Positions 1 to 10,152 of a stretch of 64,000 nucleotides of DNA are shown here, piece by piece. Position numbers and translations under genes: made by a program. The stretch comes from Fidelibacterota bacterium TCS55 (GTDB lineage Bacteria > Fidelibacterota > Marinisomatia > Marinisomatales > TCS55), in assembly GCA_001577025.1 (NCBI GenBank), contig LSCF01000001.1, forward strand, positions 7,609-71,608, written 5' to 3'. A model generated the notes under the pieces. It saw only the letters and a program-made list of their open reading frames with translations, had not been told where the DNA came from and ran no database searches. Position 1 is the stretch's first letter. Every line of letters begins with the position of its first letter.

Positions 1-87
1 TTTGACCTGGTATGGTGTCTTACGAACTGGTTTATCTGTAAAGATTCGTACGGTTACCGTACGCACCTCTGGGTACTTAGAACTCAT
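1..87 (-). CDS. Partial ORF of unknown function (first 29 codons; continues off the left edge)
   Basis: ATG at 87..85 with GGAGG (rc of 95..99) 7 nt upstream. Reads MSSKYPEVRTVTVRIFTDKPVRKTPYQVK to the window edge. Absent from the ORF track because it is truncated. Confidence 0.35.
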   Translation of the reverse strand, partial: MSSKYPEVRTVTVRIFTDKPVRKTPYQVK

Positions 88-142
88 TTAAATGCCTCCA
101 CATTTACTACACCTAAATTAAAATGTATGGTAGAATTTAATT

Positions 143-1390
143 TTACTGGCTCATAGTTTCCATAAATTCTTCATTGGTCTTTGTTCGGCGCATTCTGTCC
201 TGAAGGAACTCCATTGCCTCAATTACATTCATTTCATTAAGTAATTTTCTTAACACCCACATCCGTGCCAATACCTTCTTATCCAGTAGCAATTCTTCCT
301 TACGGGTACCTGAACGGATCAAATCAAACGACGGGAATACACGACGGTCACTCAATCGACGATCTAATGCCAGTTCCATATTACCGGTCCCTTTAAATTC
401 TTCAAAAATAACTTCATCCATTCGGCTGCCAGTATCGATCAGTGCCGTGGCGATGATGGTTAAACTGCCACTCTCTTCTGTATTTCGAGCGGCACCAAAG
501 AATTGCTTCGGCTTTTTCAATGCATTGGCATCCACACCACCAGATAGAATTTTTCCACTGTGAGGAATCACCGCATTGTGGGCACGCCCCAACCGTGTAA
601 TACTATCTAGCAATATGACTACATCATCACCGAATTCGACCATACGCCGTGCTTTTTGGATCACCATCTCGGCCACAGCTACATGACGTTCAGGCGGTTC
701 ATCAAACGTGGAGCTAATCACCTCAGCGTCTACATGACGCTTCATGTCTGTCACTTCTTCAGGTCGTTCGTCGATGAGCAGAATAATCATCTTTACTTCA
801 GGATGATTTTTTGTGATGGCGTTAGCCACTTTTTGCATAAGGACCGTTTTACCTGTTTTGGGCTGGGCCACAATGAGACCGCGCTGCCCCTTACCAACAG
901 GGGAAATCAAATCCATTACCCGAGTAGAGAGATCCTTTGGATTGACCTCCAAATTGAATTTTTCTTCCGGATATAATGGAGTCAAATTGTCAAATAAAAT
1001 GGCCCGCTTGAGTTCTTTCGGATCCTGCCCATTCACCTGATCTACCTTTAATAAGGCATAAAATCGTTCTTTTGATTTGGGCGGACGAATTTGTCCTGCC
1101 ACTTCATGGCCGGTTCGCAATCCAAATCGTTTAATTTGGGATGGACTTACATAAATATCATCAGGGCCGGGCAGATAGTTAAAATCGGGGCTACGGAGAA
1201 ATCCATACCCTTCATTTAATACTTCCAGCACACCGCGGGCGGTTACGCCGCCTTCTTTTTCAGTTTGTGCTTCTAGGATTTTGACAATCACTTCCTGCTT
1301 ATTCAGTCCTGAATACCCTTCAATATTCAGTTGACCAGCAAGATCTGCCAATTCCTTGATTTTTAACTTTTGTAGTTCATTAACATTCAT
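143..1390 (-). CDS. rho: Transcription termination factor Rho
   Basis: 415 aa. N-terminal Rho_N-like [20 protein letters not shown]-binding region [14 protein letters not shown], Walker A AQPKTGKT, and characteristic C-terminal [20 protein letters not shown]. Confidence 0.95.
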   Translation of the reverse strand: MNVNELQKLKIKELADLAGQLNIEGYSGLNKQEVIVKILEAQTEKEGGVTARGVLEVLNEGYGFLRSPDFNYLPGPDDIYVSPSQIKRFGLRTGHEVAGQIRPPKSKERFYALLKVDQVNGQDPKELKRAILFDNLTPLYPEEKFNLEVNPKDLSTRVMDLISPVGKGQRGLIVAQPKTGKTVLMQKVANAITKNHPEVKMIILLIDERPEEVTDMKRHVDAEVISSTFDEPPERHVAVAEMVIQKARRMVEFGDDVVILLDSITRLGRAHNAVIPHSGKILSGGVDANALKKPKQFFGAARNTEESGSLTIIATALIDTGSRMDEVIFEEFKGTGNMELALDRRLSDRRVFPSFDLIRSGTRKEELLLDKKVLARMWVLRKLLNEMNVIEAMEFLQDRMRRTKTNEEFMETMSQ

Positions 1391-1511
1391 ATAGAAATAA
1401 CTTTCTTTAAATGATTAAAAAATTTTGAGTTTGAAATTTTTTGGAGAATTGCCTTGTGGGGGCTATAAAAAAGCGCTAAAGACAAAGCAACTAGTGGGAT
1501 ATTACAGTATT

Positions 1512-2780
1512 TTAAATTAAAAATCCAAATTTATCGAAAATTTCCTTTGCAACATAATGGCTGCCAAATATCAATGCGGGTCTGACCTCCTCACGGGATA
1601 GATCGATTAAATCGTTTAGAGTATCTGGAAAAGAATTATTGATGGAAAAATTTTTTAAGCCATTATCAGATAAAATATTCCCGAGCGCTTTACCGGTAAG
1701 CAATCCATATTTTGTACCGCCGCTAAGGATCAATTCTTCAAATTGATCCTGTAATGCAGATACGATTAGGTTGGATTCTTTATCTCCCTTCATAACAAAT
1801 AGACCAATAGGCCGACAATCAAATAATTGATTTACTGTACGGAGTACAGCACCAATGCCCTCTGCATTATGGGCCACGTCATAAAAAATGGTCGGTGATG
1901 TACTCATGACCTGCAGGCGGCCCGGCCATTCGGTATTGGTTAGTCCTTTTTGGATAATGTCATGAAACAGTTTTGGATTAAACGTCTTTGCAATGTAGAC
2001 AGCCAAAGCTGCATTCACGGCCTGATGTTGGCCTAAAAGTGGCGTGATAAACTCCTCACCATCTATATCGAATGCTGTCCCCGATTTATCGTATTGAATA
2101 TCATCTGAGAATGTAACGGTTGTTATAGGTGCATTCTGACTTTCAGCTGTTTTAATCAGCAGCGCTTCTACATCCATATCCTGATTAGAAATTAAAACCG
2201 GTGTATTTCTTTTTATAATACCGGCTTTTTCATTTGCGATCGCGAGAATATTATCCCCAAGGATGTCACGGTGATCCATAGAAATAGGTGTAATGGCCGT
2301 GAGAACCGGTTTTAATACATTTGTTGAATCCAATCGGCCGCCCAGCCCGGTTTCAATTATGGCTACATCCACACGGTGATTACGAAAATGATCAAAGGCC
2401 ATGGCTGTTGTTGTTTCAAAAAATGTGGATTCAATGGCATCAATGTCGTTTTTGTACTGATCCACGAAGGTAACAATTTCATCGTCAGTGATGGGCTCTC
2501 CATTCACACGTATTCTTTCATTAAATCGGATTAGGTGAGGAGAAGAATAGAGGCCCACCTTTAATCCGGACTCCATTAAAATCGAAGCCGTCATGGCGCA
2601 GGTGGATCCCTTTCCATTGGTGCCAGCCACATGAATGGATTGAAAATGGTCTTGAGGGTTACTGCATCGACCTAATAATTCACGGGTATGGGACAGTCCA
2701 ACCTTGATACCCAGTCGCTGCAAATTATATAAATAATCTAAAAGGGAATCAAATTCAGTGGATGTTGAAGAAAGGAGCAT
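1512..2780 (-). CDS. folC: Folylpolyglutamate synthase / dihydrofolate synthase (Mur ligase family)
   Basis: 422 aa. P-loop HVAGTNGKGST, ETGLGGRLDSTN, and typical FolC length and layout. Confidence 0.85.
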   Translation of the reverse strand: MLLSSTSTEFDSLLDYLYNLQRLGIKVGLSHTRELLGRCSNPQDHFQSIHVAGTNGKGSTCAMTASILMESGLKVGLYSSPHLIRFNERIRVNGEPITDDEIVTFVDQYKNDIDAIESTFFETTTAMAFDHFRNHRVDVAIIETGLGGRLDSTNVLKPVLTAITPISMDHRDILGDNILAIANEKAGIIKRNTPVLISNQDMDVEALLIKTAESQNAPITTVTFSDDIQYDKSGTAFDIDGEEFITPLLGQHQAVNAALAVYIAKTFNPKLFHDIIQKGLTNTEWPGRLQVMSTSPTIFYDVAHNAEGIGAVLRTVNQLFDCRPIGLFVMKGDKESNLIVSALQDQFEELILSGGTKYGLLTGKALGNILSDNGLKNFSINNSFPDTLNDLIDLSREEVRPALIFGSHYVAKEIFDKFGFLI

Positions 2781-2848
2781 GGTCGATTTCTATACCTAAA
2801 AATTGACGGCCGACGCGCTTAAATCGAACCGGCAAATCAGTGACATAA

Positions 2849-4342
2849 TTAACTTTCAGCTAGATATTGTTCGCGTGAATAGCGGAACTTTACAATTGCC
2901 TTATATATGGAATTGGCAATGGCTTGCCTATATTTTGGATTTCGGAGATTTTTCTCTTCATTCCGGTTTGTTAAAAATCCAGCTTCAATAAGCACATTCG
3001 GCATGCTTGCCCCGATGAGTACATGGAAACCTGCCTGTTTTACACCGCGATTTTTGGATTTGATTTTTTTCGCCATTTCCTCTTGAATCATGGCTGCCAA
3101 TTCTTCGCTTTCTTTCATATATACACTTTGCGCCATGGTGGCCAAAATCAAATTTTCACCCGAAAGATCTTCATACTTGTTCTTGGATCGATCTTCCAAT
3201 TTTATAGCTTCATTCTCTCTGGATGCCACTTCAATGGCATCTTCCGTTTTCCCTGGTCGAAGCAAATAAGTTTCATATCCATATGCCGTTTTATTTGGGT
3301 TTGAGTTTAAATGAATACTTAAAAACATTTTTCCATTGGATTCATTGGCAATTTTTGTTCGTTTCCACAAGGGTATGAATACATCTTCCTCCCGAGTATA
3401 AATCACTTTCAATTTTGTATTTTTCTCTAATAAAAGGCCCACCCGCTTGACAATATCCAACGCGAGGTCTTTTTCTTTTGTTCCCCTTCTGCCAATAGTC
3501 CCAGGGTCTTTGCCCCCATGCCCCGCATCCAATACAATGGTATCCAATTTCCATCGATCTTTTACTTTTTTGATTCGCGCCACACTATTATCCATAGGTG
3601 TGCGAAGAGATACTACAATTTCACTGGGATCTTTACTTTGATATAATTCGTGATTGATCACTTTGGTTCGCATCTGAAATGCCAACTGTGCCGATTCACC
3701 CAATTGATCGGCCGCAACACTTTTAATGACGCCCCGCGTGTCGCTTCTTCTGATTTCTGTGGTGTCGACCAACGCCCCTGCAACTGTGATGTAAAACCAA
3801 CCATTTTCGTGAAAGAATGAACTGATATTTCCATCCGGAAAATTATTGCGCGTCTGAATTCTTAAAATGGTTCCATTGGCTTTTTGGGATATGTTCACGC
3901 CCATAATGGTGAATGATTTAATATCAATATCCAACACCATACGGCGAGGATCGTATTTTATTCCGGGCAATGTCGTTCGTTTTAAAATATCAAAAAAAGA
4001 TTCAGCAGGCAAAAAGATATCATTTCCGGCCTGAATCGCGTAGGCTGGCATTTGATATACTTTTTCATCAATGAGAATAAAACTGCTATTCCCTGAAATT
4101 TTAATCCGATGGTCACCAATATAAAGGACCATCTTTCCTCGTGCTTCATTCACAAAAGGTTCCCGCTTCGCTAATATACGAGAAACATCCCGGGTAGATA
4201 CGAAGGTTCCTCGAAGCCTATCCAGTGTTTCTATATCATCCATAGAGTTATTAACCCGATTCACAACTCGTATTGATCCGCCCATCAAGGATGACAGGAT
4301 TAAAATAAATATGAAAAGTTTAGTGCAGATGCGATGAATCAT
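2849..4342 (-). CDS. N-acetylmuramoyl-L-alanine amidase (Amidase_3, AmiC-like) with an N-terminal non-catalytic domain
   Basis: Catalytic module VLDAGHGGKDPGTIG...LSIHLNS...ETYLL...HVLIGASMPNVLIEAGFLTN. I chose the start at Met89 of the tracked ORF (MIHRICTKLFIFILILSSLMGG, signal-like), because the longer ORF would overlap the upstream gene by 221 nt. Confidence 0.85.
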   Translation of the reverse strand: MIHRICTKLFIFILILSSLMGGSIRVVNRVNNSMDDIETLDRLRGTFVSTRDVSRILAKREPFVNEARGKMVLYIGDHRIKISGNSSFILIDEKVYQMPAYAIQAGNDIFLPAESFFDILKRTTLPGIKYDPRRMVLDIDIKSFTIMGVNISQKANGTILRIQTRNNFPDGNISSFFHENGWFYITVAGALVDTTEIRRSDTRGVIKSVAADQLGESAQLAFQMRTKVINHELYQSKDPSEIVVSLRTPMDNSVARIKKVKDRWKLDTIVLDAGHGGKDPGTIGRRGTKEKDLALDIVKRVGLLLEKNTKLKVIYTREEDVFIPLWKRTKIANESNGKMFLSIHLNSNPNKTAYGYETYLLRPGKTEDAIEVASRENEAIKLEDRSKNKYEDLSGENLILATMAQSVYMKESEELAAMIQEEMAKKIKSKNRGVKQAGFHVLIGASMPNVLIEAGFLTNRNEEKNLRNPKYRQAIANSIYKAIVKFRYSREQYLAES

Positions 4343-4385
4343 AGGTGCGAAATTATCCTGACTATAAACGAGATACAATAAGCGG

Positions 4386-6074
4386 TCATAAGTTTGCTTG
4401 AAATAATAACCCGCCCTGAACAATTGGGGATGCATTGAAAGAAAAACCAGTAAAATGTGTTTTGATTCGAATGCCCATCCGTACATCCAGCGATGGAAGA
4501 AACAAAAGTTTAAATCCCGGCCCATGCCCTGATTTTGTAAATAACCGCGAATGCATTTCTCCCGGGAGGTTGACATCCCAAAAGTAAATGCGTGAGTTAT
4601 AATCATCTACCTTTGCCATCATCCAATCCAATTCTAATTGGTATTTGGGGTGATAAAATGTGAATCGAAAATCAATTCCTTTCCCATAAGTGAAATCTTT
4701 AACGCCAGACTTGACCCATTGGGCCTTTAGTTGAGACCGCCATAATTTGGATCCATATTTATGTTCTAAGCGAAAACTTTCCTTTCTCAACTCATCTTCA
4801 AAAAGTCTTGGACCATATATCAGCATTTCATCCTCATCTTTTTGATCAAATTTTAATTGGCCGATAATATGGTGACGACCAAATCTGGATTCTGTTCTGA
4901 CGCCTAGTACCTGTTTATTTATATTTTTTACAACATGAAAAGCCCAATCAGCATACACCATAATTCGTGTGTGATTTACTCTGAATGTACCGCCTTGAAA
5001 GATGCCTTTTTCAGAAACAACCCGCCCCTGCCATGCGGCCATTGGATTGCTTGTTTCACCCAATGATCCATTTCTCAAGTCCCGAAAATGAATCACATAT
5101 TGAAATGGCTTCTCTTCATATTGAAATGCCAAAACAAATGATGGGGTACCGATTCCGTGGGATGCTTCAGCTGCCAACTCAATTTTTCCTTTTTCAATGC
5201 CGCCAAAAATAGATTGCGTCTTTTCGGAGACAACCATCCCCCATTTATTGGAAGCATTTTCCTGCATATAAATACCCATGCCTCCATAATGATTTATACC
5301 GCCGCGGCCATTCACCTCACCTATTGAAATTAAGATCGAGTGATTATTGATTGTTTTTTTGTATGCACCTCCGCGAATTCTATTGGTGGATGTTGCGCTA
5401 TTATATCCCCTCATTCTAGCATCGGTCGTGGCGCCTTTTGATATAGTGCTAAATCCCCGCCTTGCAGGAAATGAGCGCCCTGCATTCAACCCAAATCCGT
5501 AAGCAATGGACTGATCTCCAATAATCCATAATGACGATTTATTAGCCGATCCAAAATAAACACTTCCATCATTGGCGATATGTTGCTCATATTTATTCCG
5601 AACACTTAGAATACCCGTTTCAAAACCTTTCATATAAGATTTTCCATGCCATCGATATCGTGTATCATCAGATATTGCAGATAGTTGCTTCATGACAATT
5701 TTTGGATAAATCCCCTCATTTTCATTTAATGCATTGATTATCAGCTTCAACACTGATGACATCTCCTTTGCCTCTCTTAAATATGATTCATCATTTTGAT
5801 TCAGTGCCTGTTTAATTAAATGGTAATCCGAAGCTGATAATATAGATAGTGATTGTAAATCCTGGAGGGCAATTACATCTATCCCGGACGTTCTGGACAG
5901 AAGATCATCAATTAAGATGATTTCATCTTCATGGATGTCTTCTGATTCTTCCTGAGGAATTAATCCAAAGATGTCTTCATGAAATTGGGCTGATACAGGT
6001 TCACTGCCTCCTAAAAGGAAAATGAAACTCCATCCAATGAGACGGCCCCAGTTCTGGGTGATTTGCCAATGCAT
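4386..6074 (-). CDS. Secreted protein of unknown function, probably an outer-membrane beta-barrel, with an acidic, helix-hairpin-helix-like N-terminal region
   Basis: 562 aa. Signal peptide GRLIGWSFIFLLGGSEPVSAQ. The C-terminal two thirds are rich in alternating Gly/aromatic strands and end ...GGLLFQANL. No in-frame alternative start exists downstream of 6074, so it overlaps the upstream gene by 74 nt. Confidence 0.6.
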   Translation of the reverse strand: MHWQITQNWGRLIGWSFIFLLGGSEPVSAQFHEDIFGLIPQEESEDIHEDEIILIDDLLSRTSGIDVIALQDLQSLSILSASDYHLIKQALNQNDESYLREAKEMSSVLKLIINALNENEGIYPKIVMKQLSAISDDTRYRWHGKSYMKGFETGILSVRNKYEQHIANDGSVYFGSANKSSLWIIGDQSIAYGFGLNAGRSFPARRGFSTISKGATTDARMRGYNSATSTNRIRGGAYKKTINNHSILISIGEVNGRGGINHYGGMGIYMQENASNKWGMVVSEKTQSIFGGIEKGKIELAAEASHGIGTPSFVLAFQYEEKPFQYVIHFRDLRNGSLGETSNPMAAWQGRVVSEKGIFQGGTFRVNHTRIMVYADWAFHVVKNINKQVLGVRTESRFGRHHIIGQLKFDQKDEDEMLIYGPRLFEDELRKESFRLEHKYGSKLWRSQLKAQWVKSGVKDFTYGKGIDFRFTFYHPKYQLELDWMMAKVDDYNSRIYFWDVNLPGEMHSRLFTKSGHGPGFKLLFLPSLDVRMGIRIKTHFTGFSFNASPIVQGGLLFQANL

Positions 6075-6822
6075 AATTTATATTTATTGAATAAATTTTT
6101 AGTCCGATCGCGCCAGTCATTTGACCTGTATTCGATATGTAACCTGTTTGAATCTGAAGCCATGGTTTTGGCTGAATACTAAATCCTGACTTTATTTGAC
6201 TTGAATAATCCGTATCCTGTTCCCATTCGAGTAATACAGTTACCGTGCGAATGGGTTGAAATACTATTGTAGATATAATTAATTGAGGTAATGCATCATT
6301 CGATTGCCCAATGGTAGGACCATTTATATTATGGAGTATGGTCCCCCACTTAATTTGATTCGTGACTTGAATGTGCCAAGACAAGGATGTCCCTAAAGAT
6401 TGAGCAGCCCCATAACCGGGAATTGACAGTGCATAAAGATTGGTGGATATTCCAATACCCATTCGATTTTTAATTTTATGCCCGTATCCCATCGAAAATA
6501 CGGATTCTCGATATTGTTTTGTGCCAAATGTCCGTAATCCAATGGCCATGCCATTCCCCTTTATTGGAAATGCTGCCGCAATACTATGGTGAGTCAATTG
6601 GCGCATGTTGAATTTCTGTCCCGACAATAGGGACACCTGAAGATTGTTTTGTTTTGCTAATGAGGCTGGATCCATAAATGAACCCGCCGGGTTTGAAAAA
6701 ATATTATAATAGGATAAACCGAGCCCCACATTTAATGGCGGTTGCGTTAGGTGTTCGAATGACGCCGACAGAGTCCCTGTCGCATAAATAGATAGGGTGA
6801 TATATAACTGTATATAATTCAA
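6001..6822 (-). CDS. PorV/PorQ-like (FadL-fold) outer-membrane beta-barrel protein; start uncertain
   Basis: NPAG motif (YYNIFSNPAGSFMDPASLA), alternating beta-strand pattern and aromatic C-terminal region (WMEFHFPF). The tracked start at 6870 is a TTG lying inside a terminator hairpin. TTG at 6822 gives MNYIQLYITLSIYATGTLSA, which is signal-like. No ATG with a signal peptide is available. Confidence 0.6.
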   Translation of the reverse strand: MNYIQLYITLSIYATGTLSASFEHLTQPPLNVGLGLSYYNIFSNPAGSFMDPASLAKQNNLQVSLLSGQKFNMRQLTHHSIAAAFPIKGNGMAIGLRTFGTKQYRESVFSMGYGHKIKNRMGIGISTNLYALSIPGYGAAQSLGTSLSWHIQVTNQIKWGTILHNINGPTIGQSNDALPQLIISTIVFQPIRTVTVLLEWEQDTDYSSQIKSGFSIQPKPWLQIQTGYISNTGQMTGAIGLKIYSININYALANHPELGPSHWMEFHFPFRRQ

Positions 6823-6830
6823 ATCATATG

Positions 6831-6862
6831 GAAACAAAAACGCCCCGCATTTCTGCGGGGCG
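6831..6862 (-). terminator. Rho-independent terminator after the 70-aa gene
   Basis: Perfect 9-bp GC-rich stem cgccccgca/tgcggggcg (6841..6849 / 6854..6862) with a 4-nt loop. On the minus strand it is followed by TTTTTGTTT. Confidence 0.8.
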
Positions 6863-6885
6863 TCCGTCAACTTATTTTTTGGTAC

Positions 6886-7098
6886 TTATTTTTTATACCA
6901 AAATACGATGAGCATCAATGCAAGCAAGCCAGCAAATCCGGCGTCGCCGAATTTACTCATTAAGTCGCCTATACCTGCGATGACACCAAAGTAGTCGTCA
7001 AAGAGAATGCCGACCACGATGCCGAGGACAACCAGTCCTTTTAAAAGACTAGTTACTTCTCCGATAAACGAGGTTACGGCTTCAAAGGCCTTATTCAT
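6886..7098 (-). CDS. Small hydrophobic two-helix protein (70 aa), paralogue A, unknown family
   Basis: AGGAGA SD upstream of the ATG. Two hydrophobic segments (LVVLGIVVGILF; FAGLLALMLIVFWY). Shares the GD..(G/A)GFAGLLAL motif with the neighbouring 69-aa ORF. Has its own terminator. Confidence 0.7.
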   Translation of the reverse strand: MNKAFEAVTSFIGEVTSLLKGLVVLGIVVGILFDDYFGVIAGIGDLMSKFGDAGFAGLLALMLIVFWYKK

Positions 7099-7126
7099 TT
7101 GTTATCTCCTAGGATTATTAAAGCAG

Positions 7127-7150
7127 AAAGGGGCCCAAAAGGGCCCCTTT
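7127..7150 (-). terminator. Rho-independent terminator between the two small genes
   Basis: Perfect 10-bp stem aaaggggccc/gggccccttt with a 4-nt loop, followed on the minus strand by the T-rich tract ctgcttt. Confidence 0.7.
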
Positions 7151-7160
7151 ATTCTACTGG

Positions 7161-7370
7161 TTAACCTGCGAAAGATACAAATATTAACAAGGCCAATAGA
7201 CCGGCGAATCCACCATCTAGGAAGGATTCTACCAAGTCAACAATTCCGCCGATGGGATCAAACCCAGTCGAGTAAAGGATGTTCACAAATACAAACATCA
7301 CAATAAGTGCTTTAATTAAGCCAACTACGGAATTGGCAATACCCTGTACGGTTGAAGTAAAATCAGCCAT
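7161..7370 (-). CDS. Small hydrophobic two-helix protein (69 aa), paralogue B, unknown family
   Basis: GGAGGAA SD upstream of the ATG. Segments LIVMFVFVNILY and FAGLLALLIFVSF. Same architecture as 6886..7098. Confidence 0.7.
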   Translation of the reverse strand: MADFTSTVQGIANSVVGLIKALIVMFVFVNILYSTGFDPIGGIVDLVESFLDGGFAGLLALLIFVSFAG

Positions 7371-7402
7371 TAGGTTCCTCCTTGGTTAGGTTTCAATTGA
7401 AC

Positions 7403-7432
7403 AAAAAAGGGGGCAGGTATCCCTTGCCCCCT
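7403..7432 (-). terminator. Terminator-like hairpin in the 5' leader of the small-gene pair (orphan terminator or attenuator)
   Basis: Minus-strand sequence agggggcaagggatacctgccccc followed by TTTTTTGTT. No minus-strand gene lies upstream of it, because eno starts on the plus strand at 7636. Confidence 0.5.
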
Positions 7433-7614
7433 TCTGGTTCAATTCTTTCGCGTTTCGAGTATGTGGTTATCTGTTCCACTATCATTTCTATCACTCGAAT
7501 TTAAACACAAAATAGAATTAATCAATAATTTTTGAATAAAGTCATTTTTTCAACCTTTTCTCTTCGTGAATCACCCAATAAGTGCCTAAAATCTAGCTTA
7601 TATTTCATAAATGA

Positions 7615-9268
<1,654 letters not shown>

Positions 9269-9272
<4 letters not shown>

Positions 9273-10096
9273 TCTTTCTCCAAATCCCTTCCCAGGTGAC
9301 GGCTGTGGATCATTAATTCATCTTTTTCATCTTCTGTTAATCCGTCGTACCCCACCTCACTGATTTTATCCAATAACCGATCTATATTGTGCTGCATTTT
9401 CATCCGGCGCATATCACGTTTTTCTGTCTTTTTATACTTCATTTCCGCCAGCTTTGAATTAAACAATATACGAAATTTTGGCCACGTCCATGGTGACTTC
9501 AAATAGATATACCCAATCAACATCCCTGATAAATGGGTCAAATGGCTAATATTTGATCCGCTGGCACCCCAAGACGAGACAAAAGCAATAGCACCTAAAA
9601 AGATGACAAAATATTTTACTTTTACTGGGAATAAAAAATATATGAGCACCTTCCGATTGGGAAACATAAGTCCATATGCCAAAAGAATACCGTAAATGGC
9701 GCCGCTTGCCCCGATTAAAACCGCATAAGCATTGCCTATATTGAAGGCCAGCCACACCAATCCGGCTCCCATGCCGGTGACAAAATAATATTTTAAAAAT
9801 TCTCGTCGACCCCAAATGGATTCCATTTCAGATCCGAACATCCACAAAACAAACATATTCATAAAGATGTGAAAAAAATCACCATGAATGAACATATAAG
9901 TAAAGGGCTGCCAAACGAGTGGCCATACATCTCCGGGTGAAAGTCCAAAAATTTCTGCTAAATCAAACTGGCTTAAGGCAAGATAGCGAAAAAGAAACAT
10001 GGCTACATTCGCTATGATGAGCACTTTAATCGCATCAGTAAAATATTGCGGTTTAAAGGCGATATTGCCTTGTTCTGATTGGAATTGGTAACGCAT
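9269..10096 (-). CDS. Rhomboid-family intramembrane serine protease with a charged C-terminal tail
   Basis: 275 aa. HGDFFHIFMNMFVLWMFG, catalytic GASGAIYG and HLSGMLIG. Confidence 0.85.
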
Positions 10097-10152
10097 CTTA
10101 ATTCAATTAATTCGTCAATTTATACAGAATTATATTTATTTCTGTTCCCTAT

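Noticed and set aside
1-87. Possible ribosomal protein L31 (rpmE), which often follows rho.
   Set aside because: The 29 visible residues (MSSKYPEVRTVTVRIFTD...) lack the IHPxY and CxxC features of L31. I left it as unknown.
4343-4606. 88-codon N-terminal extension of the amidase ORF in the six-frame track (start at 4606).
   Set aside because: It would overlap the upstream gene's last 221 nt. It encodes no signal peptide or recognisable domain. The internal Met at 4342 gives a hydrophobic signal-like N-terminus and a normal 43-nt intergenic gap.
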